A program made the position numbers and the translations under genes. Below the pieces are notes generated by a model. That model did not search any database. It was given only the letters and a program-made list of their open reading frames with translations, and was not told the origin of the DNA. Positions 25,921 to 31,399 of a DNA stretch of 43,263 nucleotides are shown piece by piece. How positions within the stretch are numbered: position 1 is the stretch's first letter; each line of letters opens with the position of its first letter. Source of the stretch: a virus; IMG/VR virus record IMGVR_UViG_3300029351_000004, positions 1-43,263 of that record; one strand, written 5' to 3'.

Positions 25921-26532
25921 ATGTCTTTTGCTTTTGCCAGTTATAATGCATACGGCATCGTAGTTTCTGCCGATCGTTGCCTTACCGGCACATCCTCCAG
26001 TGGAGAAAGGTACACCCTAACCAATAACGGCAGAAAGCTATTTTTGTCAAAGCAAGGATTCGCTGTCGCATTCACCGGATGTTCATCAGTAGCCGGCTTC
26101 CTGGCGCCGGCCGCAATTCCGGACATTTTAGATTCCCTTGATGGCCCAATGCGCCTAACTGATTTTTCTTCTCAATTTGTTGCCTCGATGTCCAAACTTT
26201 GCAGAGAAAACATGATCTTTCTAATCGCTGGATATCAGGATGGGACGCCGCAGATATACACGGCGACAACTCAAAAAACTGAACTCGTGCAAATGGAGGG
26301 CCTTGCTTATTCAGGAGAGAGCGACCTTGGTAAGGCCATCTTGTGCGCCGTGCCCGTCACATATGGCACTATGACTTTGCAAGACCGTATAGACTTTCAT
26401 CGTTTTGTCACCAAGACGATTTCCAACCTGCAATCCTACAGTGACCGTATCCGAACTGTGAGCGAGGCTTGCGATGTAGTTGCCATTGAAAAACAGGGAA
26501 TTGTGCTCTCCGCTTTTAGTGAGCTACGTTAG
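25921..26532 (+). CDS. Proteasome beta/HslV-like Ntn-hydrolase-fold protein (203 aa), low-GC moron
   Basis: SFAFASYNAYGIVVSADRCLTG...GRKLFL...AFTG and IFLIAGYQDGTPQIYTATT...GLAYSGESD follow the proteasome beta-subunit block pattern. RBS AAAGGAG lies upstream. A TGgTATGAT extended -10 element is at about 25885-25893. Confidence 0.55.
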   Translation: MSFAFASYNAYGIVVSADRCLTGTSSSGERYTLTNNGRKLFLSKQGFAVAFTGCSSVAGFLAPAAIPDILDSLDGPMRLTDFSSQFVASMSKLCRENMIFLIAGYQDGTPQIYTATTQKTELVQMEGLAYSGESDLGKAILCAVPVTYGTMTLQDRIDFHRFVTKTISNLQSYSDRIRTVSEACDVVAIEKQGIVLSAFSELR

Positions 26533-26776
26533 CTGCACTACACGCGCTGTCCTGGCTGGCTGAATCGTTATCTACCAAAGTAGAATTATCGGTCAAAAAA
26601 ATATAGGCAATTGGAATGCCTGTAATTTCTGATATCTGATTCACCTGACCGACAGTTGCCCTAGAAACATCCTTTTCAATTTTTATGTAGGTAGACCTAT
26701 CAATTCCAAGCTTTTCAGCGAGTTCCGCTTGTGTCATGCCAGCGTGTGTCCGGGCCTGTTTTATCGTAAATTGCAA
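26516..26776 (-). CDS. XRE-family HTH regulator (86 aa, TTG start), cro-like by position
   Basis: KQARTHAGMTQAELAEKLGIDRSTYIKIEKD. AAAGGAGG lies 9 nt upstream of the TTG. It is transcribed toward the early genes. Confidence 0.75.
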   Translation of the reverse strand: MQFTIKQARTHAGMTQAELAEKLGIDRSTYIKIEKDVSRATVGQVNQISEITGIPIAYIFLTDNSTLVDNDSASQDSACSAANVAH

Positions 26777-26801
26777 GGTGCTCAGCCTCCTTTCTGTGGT
26801 A

Positions 26802-26830
26802 AGTATATATCTACCTAAGTAGAATGTCAA
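26802..26830 (-). promoter_or_regulatory. Sigma-70-type promoter (TTGACA-17-TATACT) with a palindromic operator in the spacer
   Basis: On the minus strand, -35 is at 26830-26825 and -10 at 26807-26802. TCTACCTAAGTAGA (26810-26823) lies in the spacer. Confidence 0.7.
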
Positions 26831-26861
26831 GTACAAAATGGAGAATTAGTAGAAAAAAATA

Positions 26862-26890
26862 TTGAAATAACTCTACTTTTGCTGTATAGT
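26862..26890 (+). promoter_or_regulatory. Sigma-70-type promoter (TTGAAA-17-TATAGT) for the rightward regulator and moron operon
   Basis: -35 at 26862-26867 and -10 at 26885-26890. Half-sites GTAGA (26849-26853) and TCTAC (26872-26876) are nearby. Confidence 0.7.
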
Positions 26891-26913
26891 CAGTTTCAGA
26901 GAGGTGTCGCACT

Positions 26914-27255
26914 ATGGAAATATCAGAAAAGATATACAGATTACGGACAGATAACGATTTGACACAAGCACAATTTGGGAAAATAGCTGGTGTATCCGAT
27001 AAGGCTGTTTCTACTTGGGAGCTCGGGATAAAAGAGCCCAGAATGAAACCATTGCAAAAAATATGCTCTTATTTTGATCTCGATATAAACTCATTTGTGG
27101 ACCCAAACGCTCATGTATACGAAAAAGGGCCCACCCCCGTCCCCGAGAGTGGACCCTTGTACCCGCCTGGGTATGATTTGCTTACGCCTGAGCAAAAGGA
27201 GATTGTTGACCGTCTGATCGCCGACCTTGCACGAAATCATCAATCAGGCGGATAA
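26914..27255 (+). CDS. XRE-family HTH regulator (113 aa), cI-like by position
   Basis: LRTDNDLTQAQFGKIAGVSDKAVSTWELG. It is divergent from the cro-like gene and heads the operon that runs toward the integrase. Confidence 0.75.
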   Translation: MEISEKIYRLRTDNDLTQAQFGKIAGVSDKAVSTWELGIKEPRMKPLQKICSYFDLDINSFVDPNAHVYEKGPTPVPESGPLYPPGYDLLTPEQKEIVDRLIADLARNHQSGG

Positions 27256-27442
27256 CCTGTTCGCGTTCACAATTGTCTAGCGATAAGTACATCGCAAGAG
27301 TGTCCGAATCCACCGCATCCCCCTTTCTCCGCAAGCCCGAACGAAATTCCTTGACTCCATAATAGTACGTTTGTTCTATTTGGTCAACCCGGAAAAGTTG
27401 CCAAATTTCAACGCAAATTTTCTGCCTTTTGACAAATTTCAC
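27182..27442 (-). CDS. Possible small protein (86 aa, GTG start, no clear RBS)
   Basis: Only the track ORF fills an otherwise empty 190-nt gap. Composition is protein-like. Its 3' end overlaps the cI-like gene by 74 nt. Confidence 0.3.
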   Translation of the reverse strand: MKFVKRQKICVEIWQLFRVDQIEQTYYYGVKEFRSGLRRKGDAVDSDTLAMYLSLDNCEREQVIRLIDDFVQGRRSDGQQSPFAQA

Positions 27443-27530
27443 ACACTTGCGGAATAGTCCGGATTATGGGACACGTGGAATGATATCGTTACCCAGCCGT
27501 CCGATGGTGGAGAAAGGAGAGAAAGACTGT

Positions 27531-27842
27531 ATGAGTTTGAAAAATCAGCGCAATATCGCCTTCGTCCTCTGTGCGGTGTTCTTTGCCTTGACCTTAATCT
27601 TTGCCTTCCGGTCCACACCTGTGGCATCCAAGCAGGCAGCCTCCCCCACAAGCACGGCCCGTGCGCAGGCGCAGCGTACAGACTAGGCGAAAAACTATGT
27701 CGCTAGCGTGAACAGCGGTAAATACCACCGTTTGACCTGCGACTATGCGGACAACATTCTGGAAGAAAACCGAGTTTACTATGCCACGGTGCAGGAGGCG
27801 GAAGCTGCCGGAAAACAGTCGTGCTCCGTATGTAGACCATGA
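27531..27842 (+). pseudogene. Membrane-anchored small protein with a C-terminal KYH...C...CxxC ('sunset'-like) module, interrupted by one in-frame TAG (27684-27686). Either a pseudogene or a readthrough/recoding candidate.
   Basis: ATG at 27531 follows AAAGGAGAG. Translation MSLKNQRNIAFVLCAVFFALTLIFAF...AQAQRTD-TAG-AKNYVASVNSGKYHRLTCDYADNILEENRVYYATVQEAEAAGKQSCSVCRP-TGA, all in one frame. Confidence 0.6.
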
Positions 27843-27878
27843 GGAGTGAGCATTAAGATGAAACCAAGGAGGTTGATG

Positions 27879-28184
27879 ATGAAAAAGGGGCTACTCTCTT
27901 TACGGATGTGGGTCGACACCCTAATCCTTGTTCTTCCCGTTGGATGGGTCTTAACCTGCTACGATGGCGGCTGGGCAGACTTCTGCTCCGGGGCATATCT
28001 GGCATTTATCTGGCACCTGTTATGCGCCTGTATCATTTCGACACTTTTGATTGGGTTTGGTATGCGTCTATCGGGTCAGACAATGACTGAAGACTCTGAG
28101 TTTCCTCGCCCCTGCTCACAGTGGGCAGCGATCGGGATAGAGATGTTGGTTTTATTGATTGCAACCTATAAACTACTCGGGTAG
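27879..28184 (+). CDS. Multi-pass membrane protein (about 101 aa), candidate superinfection-exclusion or moron protein
   Basis: Track ORF 27846..28184 trimmed to the ATG after AAGGAGG. It has three to four hydrophobic segments. Confidence 0.6.
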   Translation: MKKGLLSLRMWVDTLILVLPVGWVLTCYDGGWADFCSGAYLAFIWHLLCACIISTLLIGFGMRLSGQTMTEDSEFPRPCSQWAAIGIEMLVLLIATYKLLG

Positions 28185-28242
28185 AAAAAGCCACCCCTGC
28201 TGGTATACATACGGGAATCTGGCTACAGAGTTATACTTTTAA

Positions 28243-28274
28243 GATCGCCTCCCTACAGGGGCGTGGGTTGAAAT
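28243..28274 (+). CRISPR. Solitary type I-C-like CRISPR repeat unit (no array, no cas genes)
   Basis: GATCGCCTCCCTACAGGGGCGTGGGTTGAAAT has a 5' (A/G)TCGC, a GC stem with a TACA loop, and the 3' handle GCGTGGnTTGAAAT as in remembered I-C repeats (for example GTCGCACTCTACATGAGTGCGTGGATTGAAAT). I found only one copy on either strand. Confidence 0.6.
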
Positions 28275-28386
28275 AAATACCCCGCCGCTGGAGGGCGGTA
28301 ATATAAAAATCCCCGGCACGAGGCCTACATGACCCCGGAGACCCTGATCAAGCTGTGTACCACGCGGAAAGTGGTAAAAAATTACA

Positions 28387-28415
28387 TTGACAAAATTTTT
28401 CCCGGCGCATATAAT
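28387..28415 (+). promoter_or_regulatory. Consensus sigma-70 promoter (TTGACA-17-TATAAT)
   Basis: TTGACA at 28387-28392, a 17-nt spacer, and TATAAT at 28410-28415. It lies about 110 nt upstream of the NYN gene. Confidence 0.8.
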
Positions 28416-28532
28416 AGGGGCGTAGCAAGGCTACACTATATTTGCTGAACAGGCCCTTGGTAGTAAGCCCCCCACATATACGGGGTAGGCAGAATCCTTG
28501 GGCCTTATTATTTTGTTAGGACGTGAGAATAT

Positions 28533-29201
28533 ATGTCAAAGACAGCTATTCTGATTGATGGTGGGTTTTATAGAAAGCGCGCAAAACATTTATGGGGTGA
28601 AAAAACTGCCGAAGAACGCGCAAAAGAATTGGAAGCGTACTGCAAAGCTCATTTACATCGCAAGGACAGCGGTACGGAACGCCAGTTGTATAGAATATTT
28701 TATTACGACTGTTCACCTGTTGGGCGCCGAAGCGTGTACCACCCACTCACCAAGAAGAATGTTGATTTAGATAAATCGGATACATACACTTGGACTACAA
28801 TTTTCCTTGAAGAGTTGAAGCGCCGGCGGAAATTTGCACTTAGGCTTGGAGAATTATCAGAACAAATGCACTACAATCTGCGACCGGATGTCACAAGAAA
28901 ACTTTTGGCTGGGAAGATTAGCTTGGAAGACTTAACCGAAAACGACTTTGTATTTGTCGCCCAGCAAAAGGGTGTAGATATGCGAATCGGGATTGATATC
29001 GCTTCCATGACTTACAAGCAGCAGGTGAACCAAATTATTCTGGTCGCCGGGGACAGTGATTTTGTTCCCGCTGCTAAAATGGCCCGTCGCGAAGGAATCG
29101 ACTTTATTCTTGATCCGATGTGGGCCGACATACGGCCAAATCTGTTTGAACATATTGACGGACTTTACTCGATGTGGAAAAAGAAACCCGACGATAAATA
29201 A
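28533..29201 (+). CDS. NYN/LabA-like (PIN-like) domain protein, predicted ribonuclease (222 aa)
   Basis: KTAILIDGGFY...QKGVDMRIGIDI...IILVAGDSDFVPAAKMARREG follows the NYN/DUF88 acidic-residue pattern. Confidence 0.7.
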   Translation: MSKTAILIDGGFYRKRAKHLWGEKTAEERAKELEAYCKAHLHRKDSGTERQLYRIFYYDCSPVGRRSVYHPLTKKNVDLDKSDTYTWTTIFLEELKRRRKFALRLGELSEQMHYNLRPDVTRKLLAGKISLEDLTENDFVFVAQQKGVDMRIGIDIASMTYKQQVNQIILVAGDSDFVPAAKMARREGIDFILDPMWADIRPNLFEHIDGLYSMWKKKPDDK

Positions 29202-29300
29202 AATAACCGCTCCCGGTGCTGGCACACCAGGAGCGACGGGAAGGCGTAGACCACAGAGCGGCGGCTACCCTTCTATTATCGGAATAGGAGGATTTTGTCA

Positions 29301-30710
29301 ATGTCCACGTTCCCCGACGACGCGACGTGCAAGAGCATTCGTGCAGCGCTGTACGTCCGGGTCTCGACCGAAGAGCAGAAAGTACATGGCCTGTCCATTG
29401 AGTCCCAGACGGAGGCACTGGACGAGTGGGCGAAGACGCACAGCGTGAAGGTAGTCGGCCATTACAATGACGCCGGGATATCGGCCCGCAGGAGGTACAC
29501 AAAACGGCCTGAGCTGCTCCGGCTGCTAGAGGATGTAAAAGCGGGGAAAATCGACCTTATCGTCTTCACGAAACTGGACCGGTGGTTCCGCAATATCGCC
29601 GAGTATTACAAGGTGCAGGAAATTCTGGAGGCGAATCACGTCAACTGGAAGACCATACATGAGGACTATGATACCTCCACCGCGTCAGGTCGGCTAAAGA
29701 TCAACATCATGCTCTCTGTGGCGCAGGACGAGGCAGACCGGACGAGCGAGCGCATTAAGGCCGTGTTCGACGCGAAGAAGAAAAACGGGGAACCTGTGAC
29801 GGGCCACGTCCCAACCGGCTACCTCCTGGATGGCAAAAAGATCGTTTTTGACCCCGAATGGCAGGAAGCGGTAACCGCCTTCTTCTCCGAATATCTTGCC
29901 AGCGGCAGTCCGTCGCAGGCCAGAAAGGCGGCGCTAGCCCGCTCCGGCAAGGTCATATCGTACCAACTCGCTACCCTCATGCTGAAGAACCAGGCGTACA
30001 GCGGCAGTTTTCACGGCGTTCCCGGAATGTGCCCACAATATATTTCTGAGGCGCAGTTCGCCCGCGTCCAGCAGCTTAGACAGTCGAATCCAAAGGCCGC
30101 GCCAACAGGGCGGACCTACCTTTTCAGCGGGCTTATCTTCTGCGGAGAGTGCGGCCGCAGGCTGTCCGGTGCCTGCCGGAAAGTCTCCAGAAACGACGGA
30201 AGCATATACGAGTTCAAATATTACATCTGTCAAAACCACTACGTTCGAAGCGGGTGCCCGAATAATTCCTGTACCAGAGAGCGTTACATTGAGGAAGAGC
30301 TCCTCAAGCTGCTCCCGGCAGAGGTAGACCAAGCAATCGTTGATACGTCCGGCGCCCGTCTCTTATCGAAGCAGGGGAACGCAGACCTTTCTAAAATGAA
30401 GCGCAGGATGGCACGTCTCCAGGAGCTGTACCTAAATGAACTGATTGATTTGGCGGCGTACAGCAAAGAATACAACGAGATAAAAGGCCGCATGCAGGCC
30501 GCTGAGGCGGCTAAGGCAGCAGAATCCAGAGAGGCGGATCTCCGAATGCTTTCAGGTCTGGACTGGGCAGCGCTGTACAGTACTATGAACGGTCACGAAC
30601 AGAGGGAGCTATGGCGTTCTCTTTTGAGCAAGGTCTTTGTCAGCAAGGACAAGGCCATATCGGTTGAATTGAATCCAGATATAGGTGGTGCTCTAATTCA
30701 TGTTAAGTAA
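29301..30710 (+). CDS. int: Large serine recombinase (integrase)
   Basis: AALYVRVSTEEQ (catalytic Ser region), GISARR, LIVFTKLDRWFRN, GRLKINIMLSVAQDEADRTSERIK, a zinc-ribbon CGECGRRL...YYICQNH...C, and a C-terminal coiled coil. ATG follows AGGAGG. Confidence 0.92.
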   Translation: MSTFPDDATCKSIRAALYVRVSTEEQKVHGLSIESQTEALDEWAKTHSVKVVGHYNDAGISARRRYTKRPELLRLLEDVKAGKIDLIVFTKLDRWFRNIAEYYKVQEILEANHVNWKTIHEDYDTSTASGRLKINIMLSVAQDEADRTSERIKAVFDAKKKNGEPVTGHVPTGYLLDGKKIVFDPEWQEAVTAFFSEYLASGSPSQARKAALARSGKVISYQLATLMLKNQAYSGSFHGVPGMCPQYISEAQFARVQQLRQSNPKAAPTGRTYLFSGLIFCGECGRRLSGACRKVSRNDGSIYEFKYYICQNHYVRSGCPNNSCTRERYIEEELLKLLPAEVDQAIVDTSGARLLSKQGNADLSKMKRRMARLQELYLNELIDLAAYSKEYNEIKGRMQAAEAAKAAESREADLRMLSGLDWAALYSTMNGHEQRELWRSLLSKVFVSKDKAISVELNPDIGGALIHVK

Positions 30711-30772
30711 TCGATGTAATCCGGACGGATCACATTATTTACTTAACAAAGCCGCCTGATTTATTCCATGAG

Positions 30773-30800
30773 AAAGCCCCCCAAGGTGGCGGGGGCTTTT
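30773..30800. terminator. Bidirectional terminator between the integrase gene and the convergent XRE gene
   Basis: AAAGCCCCC-CAAGGTGG-CGGGGGCTTTT, with A/T runs on both sides. Confidence 0.7.
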
Positions 30801-30806
30801 CATTCC

Positions 30807-31259
30807 TTAGGGGAGTCTATCGACAATAGCATCCAAGAGATGTGCTGGGGAAAGTTGATACGAATTAAAGTCCCGAACCATATTCAGTACGAAGTCGGCA
30901 TCCACCGAGATATCATGCACGATACTCACCAGTGAATATCCAGACTTTGTATTTCTGCATACCATCATTCCATAGGTATACGGGTACTGCGCATCAGTTC
31001 CCTGTTCTAAAACAGCAAAATAGCTTACTTTTCCAATCAGCCCACTTGTTTCGGATGGCTCTGCTATCAAATCAGCCAAACTGAGAGACATCCCTTCTTC
31101 AATTCTTCCTAGCGTCTCCAATGTAATATTCGCTTGTGCCCGCTCTATTTTCCCCATGGTCTTCTCGCTGATTCCACAGAGTTCGGCGGCCTGCTCTTGC
31201 GAATAACCTCTTTTTATTCTGGCGAGCCTGAGATTATTTCCAAGAAGTGAAATATCCAT
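30807..31259 (-). CDS. XRE-family HTH regulator with a C-terminal extra domain (150 aa)
   Basis: Trimmed to MDISLLGNNLRLARIKRGYSQEQAAELCGISEKTMGKIE, which follows GGGAGG. TTGAAA-17-TATTAT lies upstream on the minus strand. The C-terminus (...YGMMV...LSPAHLLDAIVDRL) resembles a Clostridial DUF I recall only loosely. Confidence 0.7.
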   Translation of the reverse strand: MDISLLGNNLRLARIKRGYSQEQAAELCGISEKTMGKIERAQANITLETLGRIEEGMSLSLADLIAEPSETSGLIGKVSYFAVLEQGTDAQYPYTYGMMVCRNTKSGYSLVSIVHDISVDADFVLNMVRDFNSYQLSPAHLLDAIVDRLP

Positions 31260-31354
31260 TTTATCATTCCTCCCTGAAAATATAATAATTGGTAAAATTA
31301 TCAATTTCAAGGGAATATAGTTCTTTTTTGTAATACTGGCCCGATAAGATGTCA

Positions 31355-31391
31355 AAATAAAACCCGCCACCATGACCGGCAGCGGGTTTTT
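31355..31391 (-). terminator. Rho-independent terminator ending the late operon
   Basis: Minus strand reads AAAACCCGC-TGCCGGTCATGGTG-GCGGGTTTTATTTT, beginning 8 nt after the stop of the 2245-aa gene. Confidence 0.8.
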
Positions 31392-31399
31392 GGGTATAT

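Noticed and set aside
27182-27255. The 74-nt convergent coding overlap between the cI-like gene and the 86-aa minus-strand ORF, considered as a regulatory antisense arrangement.
   Set aside because: The minus ORF has only a GTG start without an RBS, and its overlapping C-terminal tail looks non-protein-like. The overlap may simply reflect the absence of an earlier stop. I kept the ORF as a low-confidence feature only.
28275-28386. Search for a second CRISPR repeat, or a repeat-spacer-repeat mini-array, downstream of the solitary repeat.
   Set aside because: The only shared feature is a CCTACA hexamer at about 28324-28329. The flanks do not align with the repeat, and no GTTGAAAT-type end occurs. 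I treat the unit as solitary.
28329-28448. A 39-aa ORF (MTPETLIKLCTTRKVVKNYIDKIFPGAYNRGVARLHYIC) with a GAGG 5 nt upstream.
   Set aside because: It runs straight through the consensus promoter and into the leader, has no recognisable motif, and is short. It may be a remnant of a degraded gene, but I cannot support it as a feature.
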